Shown: piece by piece, positions 12,225-26,806 of the stretch
Layout of the letters: every line of letters starts with the position of its first letter
Numbering within the stretch: the first letter of the stretch is position 1
Source of the DNA: Octopus sinensis
Lineage: Eukaryota
NCBI RefSeq assembly: GCF_006345805.1
Contig: NC_043008.1
Location: 74,090,001-74,154,000, forward strand
Reading direction: 5' to 3'
Length of the DNA stretch: 64,000 nt
Made by a program: the position numbers and the translations under genes
The notes under the pieces: model-generated
The model's input: the letters and a program-made list of their open reading frames with translations, nothing else
Told to the model about the DNA's origin: nothing
Database searches by the model: none

Positions 12225-14770
12225 ATTTAGTAGTCATATTTTTTATCACGTGCTTTCACTGCACTGCCGAACGCAGCTCTGTGTGCCTTGGGACATTTGT
12301 TGTGATGCTCTTATTTTTACTGTATTGAAAGAGTTTTATGTAGGATGAGTGCAGTGCCTAGTAATGTTATTTTCTGTATCTTATATATACTTGTACGGCC
12401 TGGTGGTCTTGTTATATATTTGTCTGAATATTTTTCATCATACCTAATGCGCCTAATGATAGGAATTCTTTTTGTTTATAGACTCCACATTAGAGTTGTC
12501 TCTATTTCCAGATCGTTGTATGTTGAAAGTTTCTCCGTTTCTTCCAGAGAATCATTGTCATCTCTTGGTATTGATAAATCGATACATATTGGACTTAATT
12601 TCTCAATTTGTGTGTAATGGCATATCCCAGAATATGGTTGCTTTCTCCTTTTCTGTGATCTTTTCTGGGGTGTGCCTATACCATATTTTTTCTGTTGTGC
12701 CTATACCATCTTTTTTCTGCCAACATTATTCCATAGTGTTGGCATAGCTTCCAGCTTATATAGTCCGCAATTCTTTCGTGTCTGTGAATATATTCCTTCT
12801 TAAACAGGACTGGGCAGCCAGAGACAATATGATTTATTGTTTCTTCTCCATCTCCACATATTCTGCAGTTACTTATATTGTTCGGTATCTGATCTGTACA
12901 GACGTATGAGCACTTGTAACATTCTTTCTGCTCTTTTGGAAACATATTGTTTTCTTCTAGGTGTTCGCCCATTATCTGCGATATTATTGCAGTAAAGGCT
13001 TTGTAAATTTTAATGAGTCTGTAATATTCTGGGTTTGCCTTTCAGCGGATTTGGGAATTAGGATAGTTTTCCCTTCCATGAGCCATTCAGACATTGTCAC
13101 TGGCTCTGCTAGTATTTCATTAAATTTCTCAGCAGGCATTTTATGTGTTCCTGTTAGGTATTTTAACCAGAATTTGGGTACCTTGTCGTGCCAGGTACCT
13201 TCCAATTACTTATTTTGTGCAGTGCCCTGGAGACTTCTACAGTTGTTATAGGGGCCCAGATTTGTTCAGGTACTGTGTTTGATGTTTTGATAGAACTTTG
13301 CTGAGGTTGTTCCTTCGCCGACCATATTTCTTTCCAAAATTAGTTTTTCATTTGCGTAGTATTTTTCTTCTCTTCTTATTATTTACTAATGTTGATTGTC
13401 CACTAGTTTCATTAATGATTGACAGATCGTTTCTCTTATTTTCTATTCGTTTCTAGATATTATTTATCCACAAGGTTTGATTGAGTGATGATACTCCTGT
13501 TTGGATAGGTTTGAATCGGTATCCAGCTTCTTTTGTGACCAGCTTCTCTTGTATCCAGCTTCATTTGAGGTGATATTGATAGTTGTTTCGGTGGTTATTA
13601 GTTCTGTGACGGCCAGTTTCATGCTATTTATTATTGATGTTATTTTATTATCAATTTTAATCTTTTTGTTTTTGTGAGGTGTAATCGGTGGTCTATACTG
13701 TGATCTGTGGCTTTCAATTCTTTGATTTTGTTATTTTTTGAGTATCATAACCATTACTTTCACCTTCACTGTTTCCAGGTTATTAAATTTGTTGCGCATT
13801 CACACCAGTACATATTTTTCTCTGTGGTATTCTGGTTTGGTGTATTTTGCTCATCATTATACATTCTTACGGTTTGGGTTTGTTGTCTTTCGTTGTTTAC
13901 TTCGTTTTTGTGGGACATATTACGTCTGCTTTGTATTTTACAGTCCCAATGCTGGTGATATTATTTGGTATTGCTGTGTGGTTACTATCTACGTTTTCCT
14001 GATGTATTTTTCCGTTTAAGTGTTCTATTTCTATTTCTGATATGCTTTTTTTTTTTTGCGAATATATCACCTTATATTAGCTAGTTTATTAAGTTTCATT
14101 GTTGTATCCAAATCTTTTCTACGTTATTTTTCTTCCAGATTTTATATGTATATGTTGTGTTTTTGTTCTGTGGGTAGATCACGGCTGTAAAATAAGCGTG
14201 AAGGATTGAAATATATTCCTTGCGTGTCCATTTATGCTTTTTTATTTTGTTTGCGGGACATGAGGAATAACGTCTGGTCCTATATTTTGATGGTCATCAT
14301 TTTCTTGTGGTACAGGTCAGCTGATTTCTGGTGTTAAATGGTTTTGCACGAGTAGTTTTTCGTACTTTTTGTGTAATAAGTTTAAAGTACGTACTTCCCA
14401 TTTGTTATCCTTCTGTTGAATAATACGGCTATTATTCAAATTTTTTTTCATTCATTTTTCTGAGCATAGTGGTTGGAGACAGAGATGTTCTAATGTTGAT
14501 TGAGACGTAATGTGGCGAGCGTGTTTACACATGTGCGAGTGATGGAGATGATGCGCAGTGAAAATACATAATTTTATTTAGAAAACAGATAAATATTAAT
14601 GAGTATCACTTACTCGGATATAGTCCAACACTTTGTCAGTTATTTTAGGTTCCATTTGCTGTCCTTATACCCAATGTTTTTGGATAGATTTTGGAGTAGT
14701 GTTTTATCGCTATCACATATTAAACGCAGTGTTTTATTACTCTCACGTGTTAAACATTCCCATTGTTTTC
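12225..14770 (-). mobile_element. R4/Dong-clade retrotransposon copy B: both ends present, RT core deleted
   Basis: HDKVPKFWLKYLTG and MFPKEQKECYKCSY join directly to the CCHC knuckle CRICGDGEETINHIVSGC..YIHRH, followed by RLE remnants. The 3' UTR (gcacacagagctgcgttcgg..gtgaaagcacg) matches 30713-30770. Flanked by triplet repeats. Confidence 0.9.
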
Positions 14771-14778
14771 TTTCTTCT

Positions 14779-14961
14779 CTTCTTCTTCTTCTTCTTCTTC
14801 TTCTTCTTCTTCTTCTTCTTCTTCTTCTTCTTCTTCTTCTTCTTCTTCTTCTTCTTCTTCTTCTTCTTTTCTTCTTCTTCCTGTTCTTCTTCTTCTTCTT
14901 CTTCTTCTTCTTCTTCTTCTTCTTCTTCTTCTTCTTCTTCTTTTTATTATTATCATTATTA

Positions 14962-15008
<47 letters not shown>
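14779..15008 (+). repeat. (CTT)n-(ATT)n compound microsatellite
   Basis: Seen directly. It is followed by a truncated SINE family 1 head at 15010-15050. Confidence 0.95.
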
Positions 15009-15010
<2 letters not shown>

Positions 15011-15702
15011 GGCGGTGACCTGGCACAATCGTTAGCACGCCGGGTAAGATACAAGACACAAATTAGAAGTGTTAACAGTCGAATACTTCAGTATATTACT
15101 AGTACTTTTTCCACAGATATGTAAGGGATAGAAGCAAAATTGTGTTCCTTGGTTTTAAAATATGAAGTGACCTAATTAAATAAATAGTTCGAATATTGTT
15201 ACATGATCGCATATTTGTGTGTGGCGAGAGCATACGTTTGATTTAACTGAAATCGTACTTGATGGTAAATATTTCCCCGACCCACAGATAATATAAGCCA
15301 AAGTAGACTTCGATTGGTGTTGCACAACGGCCTTTGATTTAACAACTATGTATTTATCTATTGTTCTTCCAGTTCGATCGCACATCACTCTATTAACATC
15401 TACGACTATAATTTTATGAACTGAAATGATATAAATAAGAACAACATCAAATTCAAAGTTAGTTATAGTAAGCAACAGCAATAAAGACAGCAAGAGTAAC
15501 GTAAACAATATCACCATCAAAAAGCAAACTGGGAAAGGGACAATAACAATATTTGTGTCTGGGAAAATAGTGAACAGCAATATCAAGAGAGAGGGAGAGA
15601 GAGAAAAAGAGAGAGAATAATATGAAAATAGTCATCTACACTATCATGATTGCTATACATATTATATGAGGTGATGATGCTATACGTACTATATGGTGTG
15701 AT

Positions 15703-15703
<1 letters not shown>

Positions 15704-15753
<50 letters not shown>

Positions 15754-15877
15754 CATACATACATACATACATACATACATACATACATACATACATACAT
15801 ACATACATACATGCATACATACATACATACATACATACATACATACATACATACATACATACATACATACATACATA
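15704..15877 (+). repeat. (GATA)n-(CATA)n microsatellite
   Basis: Seen directly. Confidence 0.95.
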
Positions 15878-15999
15878 AAGGTAATCATGCACATATAAGC
15901 ATTTACACTTTTAAATTATGATCGCAGATATGGAAGGCAGAAAAGTATATATACATACATACGTGCTTGTGAATGTAAATATATATACAAAGCATGGGG

Positions 16000-16398
16000 G
16001 TTTAGTTCACAGGTTTAGATACGCAAGGTAAGTGCTGTAACGGATTACTAGGACTCCAAGGTTATAGCCGAGACGGTAGTTTTGGAGCAATTGCAGATTT
16101 CTAATGCAGGGAATATATAATTGTTAAAGGGGACAACAAGCGTTAAGGTAAGGCAAGCATCTCCAGTCGTATACATTATTAATATTGGAAAAAATTCAGT
16201 CTTACAGCTGTTTCTGGGATATCCCCGAGTATGGGATATTCCGTCATCAGAGACAAAGTGGGAAAACTAGAGAATATGAGAATGGGATATATTAATGAGA
16301 TGACGACAAAGTCTTACAACAGCTGTAAGACTTTGAATTTTTTCTAATAATAATAATGTATACGACTTGAGATGTTTACCTTGTCTTAACGTTTGTTG
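16000..16398 (-). mobile_element. PLE pLTR with an inverted partial pLTR copy
   Basis: 16134-16212 is the imperfect reverse complement of 16318-16398, and the segment contains a canonical hammerhead. Confidence 0.75.
16199..16254 (-). ncRNA. Canonical type I hammerhead ribozyme
   Basis: GUCU-CUGAUGA-C-GGAAUAUCCC(auacucg)GGGAUAUCCC-A-GAAAC-AGCU-GUA-AGAC. Stem I is GUCU/AGAC, stem III is palindromic (ACAGCUGU), and the cleavage triplet is GUA. Confidence 0.88.
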
Positions 16399-16629
16399 AT
16401 AGATAGATAGATATATAGATAGATAGAGAGAGAGAGATAGATAGACAGACAGACAGACATATAGATAGATAGATAGACAGACAGATAGACAGACAGATAG
16501 ATAGATAGGTAGATAGATATTATACAAAAGCTTCAAGTACCTACATAAGTACATGCTCGTGCTAATATATCATGACTACTCTATTACCATCACCGCCAAC
16601 ACTGCTATTATTACTACCATTACTAATAC

Positions 16630-16819
<190 letters not shown>

Positions 16820-17859
16820 GGAAGTCCAATCGGCAGGCTGCATAAAATAGCGATCAGACGCAGAAATATCAAAACGTTAGAGTCGATCAATAAGAAGGGA
16901 AGATGGCTGACCTAAAGATCTTAAAAGTAGATCAATCTTGAGAGTAAACCAAACAAACAACGACAGAAATGTTTACAGCGATTGAGGGAAATGAATTTTT
17001 AAATGATTGATAGGACAGACGTGCTAGAAATATATTTGAGATTAATAAAAGAATAACTGAAAACAAAAGGCAAATGAAATTAAATAACCACGAAGAAAGA
17101 GTAAGATGGATGGAGAGATAAAGGGAGAATTAGAATTTGGAATAGATGGAGATATATGGATAGGTAGATAGAGAGTGAGAGATAGCGATAGACATTGGTG
17201 CTGGCATATTCAATGAGTTGCTTTAATGAAAGATGGTAGTTTGTAGATGTCTCTCTTAGAATTCTACTATTGACTGCTTTATTATGTATGAAAGGTATAT
17301 AGTTCAATATAATAGCGGTACATCACACAAACCCACACATACGTAAGTACATATATATACAAACATACATACATGCATACATGCATATATACATACATGC
17401 ATACATACATATATACATAGATGCATACATACATAAGCGCAGACACACATATACATACACAAATACACATATTCACCTCTATATGATTTCAGCAAAAGTC
17501 ATAATACAGAAGTAACTTATTTGTGTGTATATCATATATGTATCAATACACACACACATACGCACACACACACATACACATACACACACACTGTCAATAA
17601 GCCGGATACTGCAGTATTTGTCCTGATGTAGCAGGTCTTATGCTCTTTAACACTTAAAGTATTAAAAACACAATAAATATTTGAGGGAGAATGTGAGGGA
17701 GAAACAGAAAGAGAGGTGGCGAAAGAGAACGATAGAGAGGAGAGAAAGAGCGAGAGAGGGGGAGAGAAAAAGGGAAGAGAGAAGGGAAAAAAATTCGCCC
17801 CTGCAGCGCCCAGCGAGAGTTCGAAATGAATTCCAGTCTTTTTTTTTATTAAGCCCTTT

Positions 17860-18408
17860 ATTTAAATATAGTTCCGTTACTTCAAAAAATTTATGTTCGA
17901 AACTGCATCTTCAACACATCTTGTCAAGTAGAACTCACAAAGTTCCCCACTTCGGTCCGGATCAGATTCTCTGAGACACGGTCTATTTATGGAAGATATC
18001 TTTTCAAATAACCGCGTTTCAAAATGTGAAGGAGTTTTCATTTTGAAAGTTCTGTTTCACAACTCGATTTCCGATGAGATCTTCACGTCATCTGGCAATG
18101 TTTCTAGCGGCCTTTCTTCATTTGTGGGGCTCATCGAAGCCCGTGGCCTTATGGGACATTTCTTAAGAACATTCTGATTTATCTTCAATTCGAGCGATCG
18201 TAAGTTGTGTAGGTGCATCTGTTTGAAATTCTCTCCTAGACTGTTTGCCCTTCTACTGTGTTTTCAAACTTCCAGTAGCACATTAAGGAAAACTTATTTT
18301 CTTCAAGTCTACATTATTAAGGGTTTCGAGTGTTAAATCTGAAAAGGAAGTAAAAAATTAAGAGAATTATCAGCTGTTAAACTTCGTATGTATTTTTGAG
18401 ACACCCTG
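17860..18408 (-). mobile_element. Tc1/mariner DNA transposon remnant (one TIR plus transposase N-terminal half)
   Basis: Reverse complement starts TA|CAGGGTGTCTCAAAAATAC. Transposase-like LRESDPDRSGELCEFYLTRCVEDAVF precedes the region of the first catalytic Asp. Confidence 0.7.
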
Positions 18409-18538
18409 TATATATATTCATAGATACATATATGCACATACATGCATACATACATACATACATACATACATACATACATACATACATACGCATACATATA
18501 TATGTATATATATATATATAATATATATATATATATAT

Positions 18539-18626
<88 letters not shown>

Positions 18627-18690
18627 CGTGTGTGTGTCTGTGTGTGTGTGTCTCTGTGTGTGTGTGTATATATATATATATATACATACA
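18409..18690 (+). repeat. (TA)n/(CATA)n/(TG)n compound microsatellite
   Basis: Seen directly. Confidence 0.9.
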
Positions 18691-20889
18691 CGCATAGAGC
18701 GAGAGCCAGAAGGAGGAATATCTGTATGCGTGTTTAAAATATTCTACATGTAAAAGTTCCGGCCAGTACATTCCTGCCATAGGAAATCCCATCCATACTC
18801 CACATACGAAACATGTAATTAAAAGCAGATTATTGAGCGAAAGGTCTTACAAAAAATACATTCAAACTACTGAGAAATTATCAATAAGGATTATAAGTAG
18901 CAATTTGGAGGATAAATGAGTTTCTTCTGGAACTCATTTATTGATTTCATTGATTTTATCATCTAAGCTCTCATATTTGTTGCAACGACTTAAATCTTCT
19001 TAGGTAACTGCCTCTGAATAACGTCATCAGATTTCTTTACAGTTATTTTCTTTTTCTTTTCTTTTTCTTTTGTCAAGATGGAATGCACTGCCCATGACCC
19101 ATTACAAGGCCATCAAACTAATAGGAAGTAGCGAGTAATTAGTCCTCAAACTAGAAATATGGTCCGAGTGGTGCTTCTAACAGCAAACTTCACTAAAGAC
19201 ACCCATCGTAGTAGACAGTGCCATTAAAGAAAGTGGTAGGTTAAGTCTATCAACAACCTGTACTACCATGGGATCTGAACTCAGATTGTGAAGAGCCAGA
19301 AGAAATAAATAATACAAGGCAACAAGTCCGAAGTTCCTACAGATCTGCTAATCCACTATGATGAACTGACAATTTTAACCGACCCTGAAAGGATGAAAAC
19401 TATAGAGTCTTCAACTAAATATAAACTTATAGCACCGGGAGTCGGAAGTGGTAACGTGAAACATTCTGCCAAGTGTTCTAGCAACTTTCTGAATTTGTTA
19501 CTGTAAGGAATACTTTTTCTAATGCGACATATAGATTTAATATATGCATTTGAGTGATAGCGATCATGTTTAACCATGAAAAAAACCTACTCCATTATCT
19601 GGTCGAGTTTGCAGAATTCACTTTCATATGTTACAGGTGTCTATAAGAAATGTATTTCCCATTTACTGTGTCATCTTTCCATTCCTGTTTGAGCAACAAC
19701 CTAGGTGCTTATATAAAAATTACTTCCGTTTGTATTGCATCATAGTTATAGGGAACTTAAAATATTGTCCATGTTAGCGTGTAAAGGAAATTTATATAGC
19801 TTTCTGCATTTCAACTACTGTAACAAATAATAGAATGTCGGTTGCAGTACTAGACAAGCTCTATAGTTCAGTGACACAAGACAGAAAAAGACAAAGTTAA
19901 ACTCACCGAGATTTAACTCACAACATAAAAAGCTGGAAATGCGAAGAATTTTATCCGATACACTATTGGTTCTGCGAGCTCAATGTTTTCTAGAATTTTT
20001 GAATAATCTCTCTTTTACGATCAAATAGCAAAATAATAGAATAGCTCAACATAGAAATAATCCAATCACATACGATTTCCCTCCCTAATTGTCAAATAAA
20101 GCAAAAGCAAGATACTCATTTTTTATAACATTGGTCGGGAGTATGTCCAATTTTTAATTTAGCATTAAGAAATTATTTGAGAAAAAGACAGAATTTACAT
20201 AGAATTGTTTTTTGGGGATGCAGGAATACTAATTATGCAATTCTTAAAATTTGTAGTAGCTGATAAATCTGTCTAGAACTATTTCGTTCCTTCTAGAAAT
20301 CGTCAGCATAATATAACCAGTAACTCATGAACCAGTTTTCGAAGTGCGACATGTCATTAATGGCGGAAATAATTATAATTTTTTAAAAAATTTCAAGCAA
20401 AGACGGCAAAGTGACAGAATTGTTAAATTGTCGCTATTTTATCCATTTGTCTACGCCTTGAGGTCAAATACCACCCAACTCACCTTTATGTTACTTTTCA
20501 TCATTGTTAAAATACCAGTCTTCTCTTCTCCCATTTTCTCTGTCAACTTTCCGTCTCAAGCATCGTGATGAAGTATCAACTCTAGCTAAGTATTCAATCC
20601 TATATATATATATATTTTTTCTTCTGATTCAAGGATCGGTAAATTTTGTTGGTGGAATTTTGTAGAATTGTTTACAAGCACATGTATTATGGATAATAAT
20701 AGCATCTTGGTTTCAAATGAGCATTATATGAGCAATTTCGCATCGAATTCCTAAGCATTGTGGTCCTAAATATGACTCCAAATAATCACAAAGCATACGT
20801 TCGTTCTCTATGGGTCTTATAACTCCCAAGATCATTTAATTACATATGTTACATGCCACGTGGTATTTACACACACACACGCACTCACG

Positions 20890-20970
<81 letters not shown>

Positions 20971-21487
20971 CCTTTGAGTGTATATTTATGTTTGTGAATG
21001 TGTTCAAGGAAACATGAGTTATTAGTATATATAACTCCGATTATAATCCAAGTTTAATATGTATAAGGTAATTCTCGTTTATAAATCACGGCAACTTAGG
21101 TGTACACCATATATAATACAAATGTAGTAGGGGGCTTCATAAGGATCTTCACGTTTCTATGGTACCAAGAGCCTCATTCTAGCACAGCAGGAGGGGCAGT
21201 AGAAGCAGCAGTAGGAATAGCGGCAGCCGTAGTAGTGGAAGGTGCAGCTGTAGTAATAGCAACAGTAGTAGCAGCAGTAGTAGTAGCTATGGTAGTATGA
21301 GTAACAACACAAATATATACATAAACATGCATACACACTTATACACACATTTGTATGCATATACCCATATATACATATACACATATATGTGTGTATGTAT
21401 ATAGATATATATATATTCTTATATATATCTATCTACATATGTATGTCTATCTGTATGTTTAGTTATCTAACACTCACTCCGTCTCTC

Positions 21488-21597
<110 letters not shown>

Positions 21598-22394
21598 CAT
21601 ACATCTATACATTCATACACACAGAGAGACATACAGACACACACACACATATACATATGTGTGTGTGCGTGTGAGAGTATCTGGTCGGCCTAAAATTGGC
21701 AAGGATTGCCTTAATTTGTGGTATTGAACGGAATTTAGATTTTCAGATAGCGAATCATTCTTAATTGAGAGATGTGAACGTACAGTTACAAGAAGCCCCA
21801 GCTAATTGCTACACTAAACTATTTAGTAATGCATCTAAATGAGTAGCAAAGAGAAGTTGTCAGGGATTGTGTCGCATCATATGTCAGATTCTGTCAATGT
21901 TTTAATTACACGTTACGTGTAAAGTCTAAATAAAATAAAATAAAATAAAAACTCCTTCAAATATGTATGTTTAAGATTTACCTTTACAAAATGAATGAGA
22001 CCAGCGAAGAAAATCCGTCTGTTTAGTATTCATTAAGATAGAAATTTCGTATTCCTTTTGCCGTTGATAATTGGAATTATCAGAAAATAATTAATTATAA
22101 AATATTTATTTCTATTCCTTATTTGTCATGTATAGGCTATCTTTTTCTGCAAATTGAAATATTCCGTGATTTGCAAATCAATTTAAATTGTATCGTAACG
22201 AAAATTAGGAATGCTGTAAAGTTAGACCATGTCCTAGATTCCGCCGTAGCCGACTTACAAATGTTTTCTCATTGTAAACGATAAACATTATTATTTAAAT
22301 GAAATGGGGTTCCAAATCAAATTTGTCGTCTCGAATAATTTATTGGATACTAGAAGAAACACCCGGCATTCCTCTGGATTAAAATGGCATAGTT

Positions 22395-22700
22395 TCTTTT
22401 TATTGTTTTACTTGTTTCAATCATGTACCTGCGGCCATGCTGGAGCACCGCCATTGGTCGAAAAAATCGGCCGCAGAATTTATTCTTTGTAAGCCTAATA
22501 CTTATTCTAATAGTGACTATTACCGAACCGCTAGGTTATGGGAATGTAAACACAGTAACATCGGTTGTCAAGCAATAATGGGGGTACAAACACACACAGA
22601 CACAGACACACACAAATATACACATATATACGACAGTCTTCTTTCAGTTTCCGTGTACTAAATCCACTAACAAGGCCTTGGTCGACCTGAGGCGATAATC
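22395..22700 (-). mobile_element. tRNA-derived SINE family 2, 5' truncated by a PLE pLTR
   Basis: ttacttgtttc..gcggccatgctggagcaccgcc..cttctttcagtttccgt..aaatccact.acaaggc.ttggtcg. Confidence 0.85.
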
Positions 22701-23002
22701 AACACGCACATACATGCTCTGTTATACATACGCACGCGCACCTTCGATTTGGGATCACCACTACTTTATTATCTCCCTTTCTTCCTAGCTCTCCTGTGTG
22801 ACCCCTCTGTCCGGCATTTGTCATGATAGAACGCTAGCCACTACACATTCTTTATTTTCTCTCGTTGTTTCTTTCTGTGTTCCTTTCTGTGGAAGAGCTT
22901 AGGCTCGAAACGTTAAAGAATTCCTGAGCGTGAAACTAATACATCTTTTTCAGGTCTACACCACTTGTCTTCGTCTTTTGTTTTTTTTTGTGAATTCTCC
23001 CT
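22700..23002 (+). mobile_element. Solo pLTR of the Penelope family at 45-48 kb
   Basis: Aligns by eye to the reverse complement of 45020-45300 (catgataga.cg.tagccactacac; ctaatacatc..ttgtcttcgtcttttgtttt). Confidence 0.85.
22883..22918 (+). ncRNA. Minimal type I hammerhead, A6U core variant
   Basis: CUUU-CUGUGGA-A-GAGC(uuag)GCUC-GAAAC-GUU-AAAG. Confidence 0.65.
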
Positions 23003-23028
23003 ATATATATATATATATGTGTGTGTGT

Positions 23029-23077
<49 letters not shown>

Positions 23078-23082
23078 TAATG

Positions 23083-23143
<61 letters not shown>

Positions 23144-23185
23144 CAATAATAATAATAATATAATAATAATAATAATAATAATACT
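23003..23185 (+). repeat. (TA)n-(TG)n-(AAT)n microsatellite
   Basis: Seen directly. Confidence 0.9.
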
Positions 23186-23319
23186 ATTAGTAATATACCT
23201 CTACACCATCTGCCGAATCTGTATATAGAACTGTAGATAATGATCAATTCACCAATCTACTGCCCAACTAGTGGTGGTGATGGTGATAATGAAACATAAT
23301 AATAATAATAATAATAATA

Positions 23320-25440
23320 TGCTACAGCTGCTGGCACTAAATACTAATAATACTACAATAATACTACAACTACTACTATTAAGATAGCTCAGGAATCTGA
23401 GGCCCAACTATCACCTTTGCCACTACTCCTACCCATGCTACTGTTGCTGTTGCTGAAACCACTGCTACTACTACATATAAAAACAATAATATCAGTGATA
23501 TCAGTGATGATAATAATCATAATAATGAGAGGCAACGGGTGGAGTCTCCTTACGGGCTAATAATGATACATCAATTGATGGAGTGACAATAAAACACTGG
23601 TAATTGAGCAACCTGATAATCGCTACCTCATATGAGTGACAATGAAAACAAAATATTGTGAGTAATGGTGGTAATGAAACTGAAGCCAATGTAATAAAAG
23701 AAAAGATCTATGGTGGAAAAGAAGAATCCAGACAGGGTTACACATGCTTGTGATGGAAATCTCTGTGTTAGACCGAAAATATAAAGGGGAGATTAAAAGT
23801 GAACAAAACTACAGAGCCTGGAAAAGGAAGTATTATATTGAAAGAAAGGGCCTGAAAATAGTAGTACAGGAATTGAAACAGCGTCTCGTTGCAAAGAAAG
23901 CAAAGATGGTAAGATACATCTGGAGCAAAGACAAGGAGTACAAGAAGGATGCTGAATGGTTACAAGAACTGAAACAAACAGTAGTCTGTCCAAAACAGGC
24001 AGAACTAGTTATTTCAGTTAGGGAAGTAAAGGAAATCAGCAAAAAAATGAGCTGCTGGAAGGCCCCGGCACCAGATGGAGTTCGAGGTTATTGGATCAAA
24101 AGATTTGGTGAATGTCATGCACGTATAGCTGCGCAACTCAGTACCTTGTTAAATGCCGACCGAAGAACACCAGAGTTGTTGACATTGTGTAGCACAGTGC
24201 TGTGCCAGAAAATCATTGAAAAAGGCAATACGGTAGACAATTACATGCCAATATCCCGTTGGTCACTTATGTGGAAGTTATAGACTGGAATACTTGCAGA
24301 GTCAATGTACGAACATCTATAAAAAATGGAGTCCTGCCACATGAGTAGAAGGGTTGCAAGCGTAAGTGCAGAGGTACAGAGGTCAACTCCTGATAGATAA
24401 AACTGCACTCAGAGACTGCAAGAGGAGGAAAAGTTACTTACCCATGTCATGGATCGACTATCGTAATGCGTACGATATTATCCCACATTCTTGGATTATG
24501 GAGTGTATGAACCTGTTTGAGATTGCATCGAATGTTGAGCGATTGCTTGGAAAAAGTATGGCGAATTGGAGGACAGACCTGACAGCATACGGAAGAAGTT
24601 TAGGAACAGTAGAAATTAGGAGGGGCATCTTCAAAGGGGACTGTCTGGCCCCACTGATCTTTGTACTGTGCTTGATACCACTGACACTGATTCTGAGGAA
24701 CACAAATGCTAGGTACGTAATCAAAGGCCGCCAACAAAAAGTCAAATATTTGTTATTCATGGATGACTTCAAACTTTATGTTAACGATGAAGCCTAAGTC
24801 AGTTCCCTCGTTGATATAGAGTATGCCTTCAGTGCTTACGTCAGAATGGAGTTCGGACTGAGAAAGTGTGGTGTATTAATATTGAAGATAGGCAAAATCA
24901 AATGTATGGACGGACTAACGATACCGTCGGGAGATGTTATGAAGCAGATAGAAGAGACGGGTTTTAAGCACTTGAGGATTTTGGATATGGACAAATTGAC
25001 GGAGAAAGAAAATTTAAGGTGGAGTACTTGCGCAGACTGAGACTGATCCTTAAATCGAAATTAAATGGATGGAATAAGATCGAAGCTATCAACACTTTGG
25101 CGGTTTCACTCCTTAGATATGGATCAGGGGTGATCGCATGGACAGTAGACGAACTAAACAGCTTAGACAGAAAGACAAGGAAGTTTCTAAATAGATATGG
25201 GTCACTCCACCCAAAATGTGACATAGACAGGCTGTATGTACCGAGAAAAAGAGAGGGAAGGGGAGTTACTGGATGCGAACACAGCAATAGAGTAGAAGAA
25301 AACAACATAGCAGGGTGTGTAAATAATGCCACAGAACCGATATTACTAGAAGTAAGAAGGTCAGGCTTGTGTAGGATGTACTAATACAAAAATAGCCAAG
25401 AAAATGGGTAAGACCCCCTACAAAATGAGTAGGGGAGAAA
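23320..25440 (+). mobile_element. R4/Dong-clade retrotransposon copy C (second family), RT region, 3' truncated
   Basis: WKAPAPDGVRGYWIK, WIDYRNAYDIIPHSWI, RRGIFKGDCLAPLIF, LLFMDDFKLY, MEFGLRKC, LHPKCDIDRLYVPRKREGRG. Premature stops. Begins after (TAA)n. Confidence 0.92.
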
Positions 25441-25484
25441 AGCTGCCAACCGGTGGCTACACGAAATTCAACTCGATTTTAAAG

Positions 25485-25840
25485 AATGTCTTCTACTGTA
25501 GCCTCGGACAGACCGAAGCCGCGTGAGTGAATTTGGTAGACAGAAACTGAAAAAAAGCCTGTCATATACATACATACAAACATAAATACGTACGTATATA
25601 TAAGTATGTATATATATATGTGTGTGTGTGTATAATATTTTATGTGTGTGTATTTGTGTGTTTGTCCCACCACCACTTATGTCTGACAATCGATGTTGTA
25701 ACTTAGCTTTTCGACACAAGAGGATGATAGACTAAGTATCGGGCTTACAGGGAATAAGTCCAGATGTTAATTTCTTCAACTAAAGGGTGGTGCTCCAGTA
25801 TGGCCTCCGTCAAATGACCGAAACAAGTAAAAAGATAAAC
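25485..25840 (+). mobile_element. tRNA-derived SINE family 2
   Basis: tgtcttctactgtagcctcgg..gtgagtgaatttggtagacagaaactgaaa..ggtgctccagtatggcc..aaatgaccgaaacaagtaaaa. Confidence 0.85.
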
Positions 25841-26106
25841 GAGTACCAGGAGAACTTTCCGTCCACTAAACCAAGAAGGTTCTTTGAATATGTACGATGT
25901 ATTTTAAGGCTGAATAGTAATTATGTTTACGTTTGCGTAACTGAGATATTTTGATTGGATTGTATAGTTATCGGTTTTACACGTCTTTCTATAGTCTGTA
26001 ACTGTCACAATATAGAAACATTTCTCATGGCACCACCACAGAATTTACAGATACTTAAATTTTTTTAATATTTTCCGTGAATTTTTCATTGGTCCAGCTA
26101 GTTAAC

Positions 26107-26122
26107 ATCATCATCGTCGTCG

Positions 26123-26195
<73 letters not shown>

Positions 26196-26222
26196 CATCC
26201 TCATCATCATTATTATTATTAT
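26107..26222 (+). repeat. (CAT)n-(ATT)n microsatellite
   Basis: Seen directly. Confidence 0.95.
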
Positions 26223-26223
26223 T

Positions 26224-26752
26224 GAGTGAAAGAGCAGTGCATACCATCAAAGTGACACTGGGGTAAAATATACGAAGCCCAGTATACCCATCATGACTAA
26301 CCGTCTGATAAGGGTACACTAGGCACATGCATCACAACAATGGTGAGCTCATATCAAGATAAATAGCACATGACCTTTTAGGTGGGGCTCAGTTAGAATT
26401 TTCTTCTGGTCGAGTAACCAATCCTGCTCAAAAGGTCCCTGGATAAGGGTTGTTTAAGGATGTTGAACGAAACAACCATGTTTCCAGAGGTGAATTATTC
26501 AAAACCCCAAAGAATCCCTCTCAACACATGGCTATGATGCTCCCCATTACTTCTGCCCGTGATCAGAGATGCACATATCGTCAGCCACTAAGGGATATGG
26601 TCAACTGGTTCTGACAAGCAAATCTGTGGTATTGAGCAGAATATTTGCTGTAGCCCATCTTTTATACCAAGACAAAACAATATACATGATAACACTTCCA
26701 ATCAGTTGAGATCAGAAGCCATGAGAGCGACTGCCTGGTACTGCATCAGGGC

Positions 26753-26754
<2 letters not shown>
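26224..26754 (-). mobile_element. ~550 bp non-coding (TAA)n-embedded element X, copy 1
   Basis: Reverse complement runs atgccctgatgcagtaccaggcagt...gcactgctctttcactc|aataataa and matches the copies at 34985, 55478 and 56178. Confidence 0.88.
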
Positions 26755-26804
<50 letters not shown>

Positions 26805-26806
26805 AA

